Position numbers and translations under genes: made by a program. A stretch of 64,000 nucleotides of DNA from Paraspadella gotoi (taxonomy: Eukaryota > Animalia > Chaetognatha), in contig CM119268.1 in the NCBI GenBank assembly GCA_051294375.1, positions 15,563,103-15,627,102 of the forward strand. The letters run 5' to 3'. Below are positions 1-12,000 of this stretch, in pieces (positions within the stretch are counted from its first letter, which is position 1; every line of letters begins with the position of its first letter). Under the pieces are notes generated by a model. That model saw only the letters and a program-made list of their open reading frames with translations, had not been told where the DNA came from and searched no databases.

Positions 1-323
1 AGAGAGAGAGAGAGAGAGAGAGAGAAATAAAAAACACTAAGAAAAAACGAATAAAAAAGTTTTGATATCAAATTATTCATGCATCAATAAAATATGAAAA
101 ATTTTGTTTTTAAATTTTAAACAAGAACCTAATATGAAAAACGGAAAAAAATTAAAAACGATCGAGTTCTTGGCAAAAAGACTGTGAAAAAAGGAATAAA
201 AAACACGGATATGAAAAGAAGGAATAAAAGTAAAATATAGAATGAAAAAAAATAGAAAAAACCAAAAAAGAAAGAAGGAATGATAGATAGATACAAGAAA
301 TATTTTATTTTCCAGATAGATTG

Positions 324-371
324 AAAGAAAGAAAGAAAGTGAAAATGAAGAAAGAAAGAAAGAAAGAAAAA

Positions 372-439
<68 letters not shown>

Positions 440-440
440 G
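324..440 (+). repeat. (AAAG)n microsatellite in intron
   Basis: Tandem aaag units are directly visible; (AG)n is also present at 1-25. Confidence 0.95.
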
Positions 441-522
441 GGGGGAAAAAGAAGAAAAAAAGTAAAAAATAGACCTAAAATAAAAATAAAAGGAAGAAAG
501 AAAGAAATATTTTATTTTCCAG

Positions 523-1380
523 GCGGTGGTGGAGATCTGTGTCACTCGAGTCTCTTCCTTCCTTCGCGATTCTTCCGACATCGACGTTTCTTCCGCTGCC
601 ATCGTCTCTCTCTTGTCCGCCTGTTTACGCCACGATCTCGGCGGCGGCGAAAGCGGAGGAGGTGGCGTCGGAACCGGCGCCACCAAATCACCTCACGCCA
701 ACATTGCTTCCGACGTCATCGCCTGTGTTTTCGTCAATCCCTATGCCAAGGACGCCATCGCTCGGGTAAGTTTTCGTTATTTTAATTGAGATTTTAAAAT
801 ATCGATATTAACTTATATTATAACTTATATCCTCTCAGGTCATCCCTTTGGCCGTCGAGTTCCTCCGCGCCGACAATCCCGACCTGCGATCCAACATGGT
901 GTCCTACCTCACCCTGGCTGCGGTCGATCATGCCCCGCTACTGTCGCTGTCCCTGTCTCAGATCGTGGACGCTGTCTGCCGGTCGCACGACGGACGCAGC
1001 GGAAGCCGAGGAAGCGGAGAAGATTCACTCCTCAAACTCATGCCGCGCCTCTACGAACACAACCCCGTCGCCGTCCACGCCGCTGTGCCGAGGCTGGCTC
1101 CGCTTTTCGACGCGCTCGGAGCCGAAAATCAGGTCACAATTGGGAGAAAAAGGACGCCCAATTATTTTTTTTGATAATAAATTAGACATTGTCTTAATTT
1201 TCTTTTTTTTTTCGTTGTGTTTGAAATTTAAAGAAAAAGTTTGAATTGTATTTTTAACAACGATTTTGTTTATTTATATAAAACGGACATGATTCGACTA
1301 AGTTTATAAGTCTTCAGCGTTTGACAGATTTGTGAATAATAAATTAATAATAAATATTAATAAATTATTATTATTATTAA

Positions 1381-1429
<49 letters not shown>

Positions 1430-4400
1430 AATTTTCTGAACTGATTAAGGAAGGAATGACTACTTCGATTCATTTTTTTTTAAAACAATACCCATCTTAG
1501 GTCCTTTTGGCTCAGCTTCTCCTCATTGTCGCCCGCGACGCTCCGGAAGCATTGGCGCCGCAAACTGAGACGCTTCTCGCTGCGCTTGCATCTCTGGCGT
1601 CGTTAACGGCGTCGTCCGGGAACGATGTAGCGGCGACCCCCTCAGTAGCTTTTGACCTTCTATTGGAGGCGCTGACTGAGGTTGCCAAACTGAACGCGCG
1701 CTTTCTCGCAACCAATTTTAAACTCGTGGAGGCTGCGGTGTTCAATGCAAACCCCGCTGCAATGAAGCGGTTCGCAGTCGTTTTGGCAGAAATCGGTAAA
1801 TACGCACTCATAGCGGTAAAAAGATTGTTGTATGAAATTGAAAGAGTCATTCAAGAATTGTTTTAAATTCTTTTTTAGGCAAAGTTGGTGAGGCGGAAGC
1901 AGCGTTATCCTTACCGCTTTTACAGCTGATGCTGCCTAAAACGAAAGGAGAAGCGTTGATCGGAATACTCGAGGCGTTTTTCGTCATTTGCCTTCACTAC
2001 CCAGAGTTCCTTCAGTCAGTCATTAAGGACGCCATTAAGTGAGCACATTTAATTCATTGGTCTTAGTTTATTTTCAACTTGAAATTGTTATCGTAAAAAA
2101 AATCAATGCTTGCTCAAGATACGGCGAAGCGCCCTCTCACGTCCCTTCAACCGCACGGAAAATAGTCACACAGCTTCGCCAGCTCTTTGCGTCGTCTCCA
2201 TCATCGTCGCTTCAGCTAGTCGCCTTCTCCCCATCTGAAAATGGAGGCGGCACTTACTTCGCTTCATGTACAGTTATTTTTTAACCGCCATTGTCATCCA
2301 CGAGACTTCTCCAATTACTGTATATTTCCCGTTCAGGTTCATCCCACGCGTCTTCACCTTTCGCCTCAAAGACGGCGTCGGCGGCGGCACTCAATTCCCG
2401 CGCTACCAGCGTTACGAGTGCCACGTTACTTATGCAGAACTCGGGAAACGCCGCGGGAACGCCACCCATGGCCATTGCAGGGCCTCAACCGCCATCGTTA
2501 CTTTGTGGAGCTTCTGGGCACGTTGGCGGAACAGAGTCGGCGATTGCGCCTCCTGCTACTCTCCCCGTCCAACTTCCGACGCACAATCCTTTTCTTCATC
2601 TCTCCCGTCATCAGAGTCGAGAGTCGGCCTCGTCATCCTTCTCAAACGAACTCGACGTCCAAGCGGCGTCGGTGCGTCGTTCAAATCACCTCGTCAACTC
2701 CCTCCACGCCGTCCATGGGTGCTCACACGCACCTCAAGTATGCACTTGCGTCGTCGCCCCACCTATGCGACCGCCGTCCTCAAGTGCAGTGACGGCCGCG
2801 CCCGCGGCGTCTAATCACAACGTTAAACGTCTATCGGGTTTCTTACCCAACGGCACGTCACCTGCCATTCCTCGACCACACTCGCGCTATTCCAATTTGA
2901 ACGGTACTGCTGCTCCGACCCCGGCTGCCTTCGTTTCAGCACCCGTGGGATCCACGAGCGTGACAACGGCACTCGAAGATGCCCTCTCTGCTCATCGCGA
3001 GAATCAACTTCGCCTCTCCACGTAAGCTTTAAACAATTCAAATGTTGCTGGAATTATTAAGGTTAAAACAATCTTTTCTTGGCGTTTAAAGGTATCTAAA
3101 TCGACGGGATGTTCCGGGTCCAGACGCTGATGGAACTCCATCCTCAGATTCTGTGAGTGATGCCGTGGGCGGAGAGACTCCTTCTCCGCAGAAGAGATTG
3201 TCTTTCGGGCAAGAAGCTAAACTCTCGCTTACCCGACAGGTGAAGACGGTCGAATAATTTGTTCAAAATGATCAAAAAATATTCTAGCAATCATCCTTAT
3301 CTTCCTTCCTTTTGCTTCCCATTGTGGATCCAGCCCGTCCCATCGAGTCGAGCCATCCGCACCCCTTCGCTCTCTCCGTCCGAATCGAGTCTCCCTGAAG
3401 CCAACACGGCGCAACACCGCCTTTCTCAAGTAGAGAAGCTTGGCGTCGGTGCGTTAAACAAGATCGGATCTCATCACAGTGGCATCGATCACACCTTACA
3501 AACTCACGGCCATCATCACACTCTGCCTGGGATCTCACACAATCATGAGGGGTTTCCAGGGAAAGAGGTATGTCAAGTTAGTGTGTATTACTTCATTGTT
3601 TTGTTTTTTTGTGAGAGTATGAGTCTGATTATGTGCATGAGAATTTTTTCAAACTATATCTCGTATTTACGTATTTAGATGAGATAGTGATATTATATGA
3701 CAATGATATGATTTTTTAAATTTGAAATGTTGTTAAAAAAATCTGAAAAAAATTATTTGAGCCAGGGATGTCTTGGTTATCTGATTTCAAAAAATCGTAT
3801 GTGGCGTTTAACTTTTTTTCAGCGCCATACGCTACACCCTCCTCGTACGGAGATGATGGGCATCACCACTAAAAATGGATCAAAAACTTCCCGTGGAACG
3901 CTTGACGCCCAACAACACGGCCAACGACATCATTATAACCAACACGTAACCTCTATGGGAACAACAGGAGTGTACCGTCCTCATACTGCCGCCCCAACTA
4001 TCGGACGCGGTGGGGCCGGCGGGGCATCATCTTCGTCGCTGCCTAAAACCATGGTTAGGATTTCGTCGTCCGACTGTTCAACAGCCGGGATGGTCAATGA
4101 CGATTCTGGATTAGAGACACGGGTAAGATTTTTTTTTCCTGCGTTTAGATAAAATTTATAAAATAAAACTACACTATTGACAAAATCAACTACTAAAAAA
4201 CGTTTAGATCTCAACATCTTATGAAGATCCAGAGACTCGCCCACAATCTCCGACTCGAAAATCTTCAAATGTGCCGTCAATGTCAACTTCACCAAATACT
4301 CAGGCATCTGCCGAAACTGACGATACTCCAGGTCTGTGACGATTGGATTAAACCAAACAAAACTTAACTAAACATTAAAAAGTATTTTTTTTAAATTAGA

Positions 4401-5961
4401 TGTTGTCCAGCAATTTTGCTCGAAGCACCTGGACAAGATAAAAAATTACATCGAAGAACTGACGCGCCGGGTTCCCATTCCTGTCAAGTGCTCCATCGAG
4501 GAGTCAAAGCATCGCAAGTTTGCCAAGCTCCATTTCATGTGCTTTGGGAAAGGAGAGCTCTGCCTCTTTAATCGAAACTACCTGACAATGAAAACGACGC
4601 GGTCAAGAGAGTGGACGCACATAATGTTCCTTGCTCTTCAGGTTTTCATCTTGCTTGTTATGTCACAATAAACATTAGTTCTACTACGTATCAAGTAATA
4701 ACGGGAGTTAATACCCTTGTCAGGCTCGGTCTCCTTCTGCGTTGAGTCAAAACGAACCCCCAGTTTCGGCTTTAAAGGCCTGTTGGGATTGCCTCAAGGT
4801 AATAATTGTATTATTATTAACAACATTATCACTATTTTTTTATTGTGGTATTAATAGTCAAGCGTATCTCTGTTACCCGGCAGTCGGATAGTCGAGACAC
4901 CTTTGCGCAGATCGTCACCTCCTCCTTCCCACAACTCAAGGAACAGGAGGCACTTCTTCAGGAGTTGAGGTTGTCGCGATACTTCGACTCCTTTGAATAT
5001 AAGACTGACTTCTGGGGTTGCTGGTCATGTAACAATCCAGAAAGAATAGCCAAGCTCTTACGGGAAGATGGCCAACCGGCTATGGAGGGCCAACTAAAGG
5101 AGAAGAAAAGCAAGTACGTGTCAATGACAGGGTTAATAATAAGGGTAAGTCTTAACTTTTACTAAGCTAAACACTTTCTTTAGATGGTTCATTTTCCGTC
5201 GATGGAAGATGCGCTACTTCACCCTATCTGGCGGAATGATCTCCTTTTCAACTAAAAAGGCCATGGAGGATGCTTCAGTCTATCACCATTCGGGCGTCAC
5301 AGCAACCATCTACCGCCATTCCACCTCCTCTGACGGCAGCGGCGGGGTTTCATCTTCTGCAGGTGCAATTGTTCCGCCACCTCCGCCCCCGCCAATCTAC
5401 TACGCTCCTGGCGCTGCCGCAGAGGTTGTGCAAGAGGCCATTCCCGTTCGGAATATTTCCTCAGTAAAGGCGCTAAAGAAGAAAGGTCGTCCTTCTATCC
5501 CTAAGTCTTTTGAGATATTTGCCAACAACAAGAGCTATGTGCTAAAGGCCAAAGACAGCCAATCTGCGGAAGAGTGGATTCAATGCCTTCAGATAGCCGT
5601 GGCCCAGACTCAGCGACAAAACGGAGAAACTGCGTTATCGGGTTCAGGTGGTGGCGGGACTATTGGCACGGCTGCCTCTGCGTCAACTTCGGGGCGCCCA
5701 GGAGGAACGCCTCTTGTTGGTAATAGCAGTGCAGTGCCTGGTATCTTGGCTGGCGCCCTGCCCTCCGGACACACACCAGAACCGCCCCCACCACCATCGT
5801 CGGCTCGCCATTTGCGCCAAATGAGATTCGACGCCGCCAAAACATTGAAAGGCAGCACCGGCGGAACTATCAATGGCGATGATTCCGACGCGCGAAAACT
5901 AGTCAACACATCGATAATAAAGACCAAGATGACGACAATGACTCTTAACGATAACCGATGA
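523..5961 (+). CDS. VEPH1: Ventricular zone-expressed PH domain protein / Melted homolog (about 14 visible exons, 5' end upstream of window)
   Basis: Spliced exons give AVVEICVTRVSS..., PHANIASDVIAC, IPLAVEFLRADNPDLRSNMVSYLTLAA, DVVQQFCSKHLDKIKNYIEEL..RVPIPVKCSIE, LLQELRLSRYFDSFEY...WGCWSCNNPE and a C-terminal PH domain (MEGQLKEKK..RWKMRYFTLSG...KSFEIF...SYVLKAKDSQSAEEWIQCLQIAVA). These match my recollection of VEPH1/melted. Introns are GT-AG; stop TGA at 5959-5961. Confidence 0.93.
1364..1428 (+). repeat. (ATT)n microsatellite in intron
   Basis: Directly visible tandem att. Confidence 0.95.
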
Positions 5962-7229
5962 CAGAGTAGAATTAGAAAAAAATAGGATCGGAATTCGTAG
6001 ATGGTATAATTTTAATTTAAAATTCATAATCCCTGTCTCTCAAACTTTACATTCTATTTCAAAACCAAACCAAAATGGAATGCGAATGACACGCACAACT
6101 ATTTCGTTAGTGTCGAGTGATATTTCGTTATTTTTTCTTTTTTTTTTTTATAATTCTTTTCTTGGTAAACTATAACCAGACATTATGTTATTACTGTTCA
6201 ATTAATTGTTTCTGTTTTACTGTCGTTATGGTGAGATTTTTCCCGGTGAAGGAGTTTTTATCCTTCATCATTGTAAATGTGACCTTAAGTCGGCATGATT
6301 AATGTTTTTTTAATTATTTGACATGAAAGACTTGCAGTATATCATTCCATCGGTATACTGATTTTAGTTCGCACATATCGAAATGACAGTAAAATGCTCA
6401 ATTCGCGATGAGGTGATTTTAAATGCCAGTTGAGATTAGTGCGGCCCAGAATAATAAACACATTTTCAAAATTTGCCAATGAATTTAAAAAAATTTATTC
6501 AATTTTGTAATTTTAAAAAGAATAAAAACCACAATTTAAGAAAAAACATTGGTGGGTTATTCAAAAATTGTTAAGATTCAGGTGAATAATGTGTTAATTT
6601 TTTAGTATTACAATTGTAGTGTTGATTACATTTTTACTACTTTCATCAGACTAAACGTGAAATTTTTTTCAACGATAGAAAAAGATTAATGTAGTATTAA
6701 AAAATAAAGTTATTAATTATAGAAGATTCCTGACGAAAAAACTGTGATGATGCGTCCCCCCTCTGAGCCAATGGTATTGGATGAACGATGGTGGACTTGA
6801 GGCGGTGTGAATAACTGAATATACCGCCACAGTACCCCAGAAAATCTCGGATTTGATAGTGATGGTTGGCGTTGCGAGGTCGACAAAGCCTTTTGGAAAA
6901 ATCTCTTAATTATCTCTATTTTACGCTTTCTCCTTTTTGTCTTTTTTCCCACTCGACTCTTCATTTCGGGTTTGACTTTCTCATTTTCCTTCCTTTGCCT
7001 ACTTCCCTCATTAACGTGCTAAAAACATTAGCAAATCAAAGTTAGGGGAAAAGGAATAATTTGCAAAATTAGAGAGATAATGGGATAGCAAAAAAAAAAA
7101 AAAAACTATGATCGCACACTTTTGTAAAAACTTGTATCATAAATTCATAATAATTTTTATTTAAAAAAAAACGGTAAGTTGCACAGCCAAACCTATAAAA
7201 GCGTAGTAGTTTTTATATATGAAAACAGC

Positions 7230-7330
7230 GTGACGGACGACAGACCGGACGACGGACTACGTCACAAAGAAGCAACCCTAAAAGCATTATGAGAGCCTGA
7301 CCCGGCTTCGCCGGTCAAGCTCGATAAAAA
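7230..7330. mobile_element. Fragment of Helitron/Helentron-like element (GGAC-type repeats followed by a GC-rich hairpin)
   Basis: gacggacgacagaccggacgacggac is followed by the imperfect hairpin gagcctgacccggc-ttc-gccggtcaagctc. Confidence 0.4.
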
Positions 7331-7419
7331 GGAAAAACAAAAGAAATCTTTTTGATCAGTACGATGATATACTGATTGGCAAAAATATTTCGTATTGAAA
7401 TACGTACTCATACGTATTC

Positions 7420-8019
7420 ATACGTAGTGAAAATTACATACGAAAATTCTAAATGTCAATTATGAACAACATACCATCAGTGAACATTAATTTAAAAAAA
7501 AAATTATGTTCTTCAATTTTTCGCAGTAGGCTATATTTATATATAGTACTATCCTTATAAAATCTAAAAATTTTAAAATAGGCTTTTCTTAATTTTAATT
7601 ACAGATTTAAATTCCTCGTCAAAAGTTGATAAAAGAAATTATAAATCATTTTTAAAAATTTTATCATTAAGTGGGTTAAAAATTAAAAAAACTATATTTA
7701 GTATATAAAATTTTAATTTTCAGCTTAAAATATAGGTTTTTTATATATTTGATCAAATTAATGAAATAATTTTTAAAAAATAGTTATATTTCATTATATC
7801 AACTTTTCATGACGAATCCAAATCTGTAAAAAAATCCTACAAAAATCTATTTTGAAATTTTAACATTTATTGGATTAATAGTAGTATAAATACGGTCTAC
7901 TGCATAAATTGAATTTATTAAAATTTTTTTATACATAAATGTTCATTAGTATAATGTTGTTCGTTCCTCACTTTTATAATTTTAATTAAAGTTAAATTTA
8001 GAATTTTTACTACGCTTTA
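7420..8019. mobile_element. hAT-type MITE family A, copy 1 (inverted relative to 31007-31609)
   Basis: About 600 bp similar to the reverse complement of 31007-31609. The right end actacgcttta is followed by gtactca, which also occurs at 7404-7410 (degenerate TSD); the left TIR is eroded. Confidence 0.8.
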
Positions 8020-8080
8020 GTACTCAATTCAACTCTCTGATGTACATAATGTCTCATAAGTGAGAAATAACAAGTTATGA

Positions 8081-8450
8081 NNNNNNNNNNNNNNNNNNNN
8101 NNNNNNNNNNNNNNNNNNNNNNNNNNNNNNNNNNNNNNNNNNNNNNNNNNNNNNNNNNNNNNNNNNNNNNNNNNNNNNNNNNNNNNNNNNNNNNNNNNNN
8201 NNNNNNNNNNNNNNNNNNNNNNNNNNNNNNNNNNNNNNNNNNNNNNNNNNNNNNNNNNNNNNNNNNNNNNNNNNNNNNNNNNNNNNNNNNNNNNNNNNNN
8301 NNNNNNNNNNNNNNNNNNNNNNNNNNNNNNNNNNNNNNNNNNNNNNNNNNNNNNNNNNNNNNNNNNNNNNNNNNNNNNNNNNNNNNNNNNNNNNNNNNNN
8401 NNNNNNNNNNNNNNNNNNNNNNNNNNNNNNNNNNNNNNNNNNNNNNNNNN
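8081..8450. other. Assembly gap (N run); smaller gaps near 9209, 33659 and 34037
   Basis: N characters. Confidence 1.
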
Positions 8451-9088
8451 NAAGTTACGCCTTATGATTCGAAAACTATTCGCGCCGTTCAAACTCAACG
8501 ATCACCCTTCCGCCCGTTCCCGATCTTTCAATAAATCTTTCAAAGCTTCATAATTACTATCCTGTTGTTATCCCGATCGGTTTTTTCCGCTCCTCAGGAA
8601 TGAAAATAAACCGGAGAAGTTTCGCGTTTTGAGGTCGGCCCCTTGCCCCTTCTGCGTGTGCTGGTTGTGAGCACACTGTACACGCTCATGCGCGAACGCG
8701 CTCTCTGCACCCACGGATGTCGATGAACAATTGATTATTTTTTTAATTTTCTTTCTACAACTAAAGTCTATCTGGCAAGTCTTTGTGAATACGACGGGCT
8801 AAATTTAACAGCATTTAACAGAAGTTAAATGAAAGAATAAAAGCTCGTTCTTCTCGATATATTGCTTCTGTCAAAGTATAAAAAAGAGAACCATAAATTA
8901 GTCATGAGCTACCTCCAAAGTTATTGTTGTTCGGTCTTCGCTGAAAGAACAACGCGAACGAGAACAAACACAGTCTACACATCAACGTTTTAACTTTAGG
9001 ATAATAATTTTATTGTGACTATCATAAAAACAAAAAAAACTACGCTTTCTTTTGTATCGATTAATTTCGAATGTCCATTAAAAAAACG

Positions 9089-12000
9089 ATGTGTCAACGA
9101 ACATGGATAACGATCATCCATTTATATTTTTGTTTCTTAATATGCGACGGAAACGTAAGTGTAAAATATTTTTATTTTGGTTTATTTTCATTTTTATATT
9201 GATTGTACNNNNNNNNNNCCAATTTCATATTAATCTTAATAGTTTCTCTTTAAATTAAGATAACTTATTTGTCTAATTTCATCTTTTTCAAATAAGAACA
9301 TGCAAATCGTAAACAAATGAACAACGAACACAAAAAATTTAATATTATTAGTGCGCTATATATGTAATACTATATATCTTTATAAAAAGTACAAATTTTT
9401 TAGTTCCTCGTCTAAAGTGGTTAACAAAATATTAATTTCTTCTCATCTCAGTTGTTCAGCGGATGTGAGATTATCATACGTAGCGGGGAAGACAATGCAA
9501 CGGGGACGGTGACGACTCCCGGGTTCGAAGATGGGGCCTACGCACCCAACACCCAATGCCTTTTCAAGTTTATTGGTAGACCTCGGGAGAGAGTGAAGAT
9601 AGATTTTCTCAAGTTCATGGTTAGGGGAGTTATGCCAGGTAAATTTTCGGAAGTTGGTTTTGTATTGTGGCTAGTAAAGTTGTATTCAGTATTGTAACTG
9701 AGGGCCCAAAAATTATAAAAAAAGGTTAGGTTCCCAACAGATGACTTTCCCATTGTATAAACAAAATGTTGGATAAAGAAGAAATAATATAATATTCATT
9801 CAAGTAGTTTAAAATTATGTTCATGATATAGAGGTGCCTCCAAGGGGGGCCCCATAGACCTTGCCCCAGTATGTATCCCTCTCAGAACATACGATTCTAC
9901 ATGGTAGTCTTATCCGTATTGTTAAAAAAATCATATATAACTTTGGTCCCCCCTCAAAAACTTATCCATTCCCACCCCTTTCTGTTCAGACTCTTAGATA
10001 TTATGATTTTTCATTAATGACTTTCTTACAGGAATAATGTGTGATATCTAGTAAACTAGGACAGATTATGGTTTAATCTTGTGTTGTATAGATTCTCCCG
10101 CTATTTCCAGAAGACAACACTGACCACCCCCTCCCAAAAAATGAGTTATTAGATATATTAATTAAACAATTTAAAAAATTAATATATGTATAATTAAATA
10201 ATATAAAGCAAATAGAAAAACATTCATAATATATAAAAATATAAGGTAGTGTAACAAGTAATTTTACAAGATAAAATAGATAAAATTTCCGCTCAGCGTA
10301 ATTACATTATGTATTGCATTCCGTATTTAAAAAAACAAAAATAGCATATATAGCATATGATTATGATGGTTCTTCTTATATAGAATGCATCAACGATTAT
10401 GTGGACATCTGGATTGAGGTTCCATCAGAAGAAACGCCCCTTATCGAATCTCCTTTGTTTGGACGATACTGCGGCGTCGATCATCTCGCGGGTAAGATTC
10501 AATTCGGGAACAAACGGAAATTAAAATATACCAAATTGTCTTTCGATTTAATACAATTAAGAGCGCGAAAACTGCTTGATACTAGTATCAAATATTTTTT
10601 TCATTTTATATTATTAGGACCAAAGACAACCGTTTCTTTGACCAACATATACGTCTTAGCTTTCTTAAGTGACGACGAATACGAGTCCAAAGGTTATAAA
10701 TATGAAAATAACACATAACACATAACAAAATTAACAATTATTAATTGATTAATCTCTCTTATTAGGTTTAAAAATTCAGTACGAATTCCTCGATGGTGCC
10801 GTCTATCGCATGGGTCGTCCGGCGCCCCCCAACGTTTGTGGGTGGACAATAGAAAGACGTGGGAAACGCGACAAAAAGGGAACGATACTAACACCAAGCT
10901 ATCCTGGCCTTTACCCCAGCAACTTATTCTGTTTCTACAAATTTAAAGGTCCATTCGTTTATCTACTGTGTTTAAAAAAAAAATAATAATGTTCCGTCTG
11001 CCGTTATTTCGTACTGATTCAAAGATTCATTCAAATGGCAGTGGCTAATGTTATACGCTCGTCGACGTTCTCTAAGTTCTTACCAGACGAAGCTCACACA
11101 ACCGTACATTTCAAAATCAGGACGATCTGGGGATCGAATCCGGGTTGACTTCGAAGAATTCGATCTCTATGGGGACAACGAGGTGATTAGAAAACCAAAG
11201 CACTGCCCGTACGATTATGTCCGAATCTACGATGGTTTCACTAACGAGGCACCCACCATCGGTACCTACTGTTGGAAGAGCCAACCGTTCTCTGTCTTCT
11301 CCAGTGGACATCATTTGCTCATAGAGTTTGTTTCCAAGGTGCATTCCTGTTTCGACTCTTTTTCTTTTCTTGCCCGAATTTGATTTGCCGTTCATTGCTT
11401 CTATTTTTAGGTGGGACACGACATGATTAATTTTGGTTTCAAAGCTTCGTACTTAATAAGTAACAAACTTGTCAAATTGAACTTCATTGAAAAATCGCCC
11501 GTCACACAACATATATTGGGAACAGAATGTGATCAAAGGATCATGAGTGGAGGAGAATCAAGGTACGATTTGCTTTAGGAAACATTTCTAAGATTTACCT
11601 GGCTTCAAATTTTTCATTTTCACTTCAAAGAGGAATGATTGTGTCGCCCAACTATCCTTCTAACTATCCTCTGGAATTGACGTGTCAATATTTCATCGAC
11701 GGGATGGACAATCGCGAGGATTTGGAGGTAGCTCTCTTGCGCTTCCAAGATCTTAACATACCGACATCCGACTCCAAATGCTCCAATGGATCGGTCTCCG
11801 TTTTTGTCAAAGAAAAGGTAATGCTGCTGACGAGTTATTGTTGTAAAGCATGATTGTAGAAACAGTAAATAAGCCAGAAATAATAGAAAATCGTCAAAAA
11901 CGGATGCAACACGTAGAAAATTGTCTTTTAAATATCTCACTCAATTTATAGAGTCATACGCAACAATTGGCCCCGAATGAGATTTCTCAGATTTCTCAAG

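Noticed and set aside
129-785. Long ORFs rich in FFLS / KERK
   Set aside because: They are translations of the (AAAG)n microsatellite in an intron.
2241-2814. Overlapping ORFs in three frames
   Set aside because: GC-rich low-complexity VEPH1 exon; only the 2291-3025 frame fits the splice phases.
8010-8553. ORFs of about 160 aa
   Set aside because: They span the N gap.
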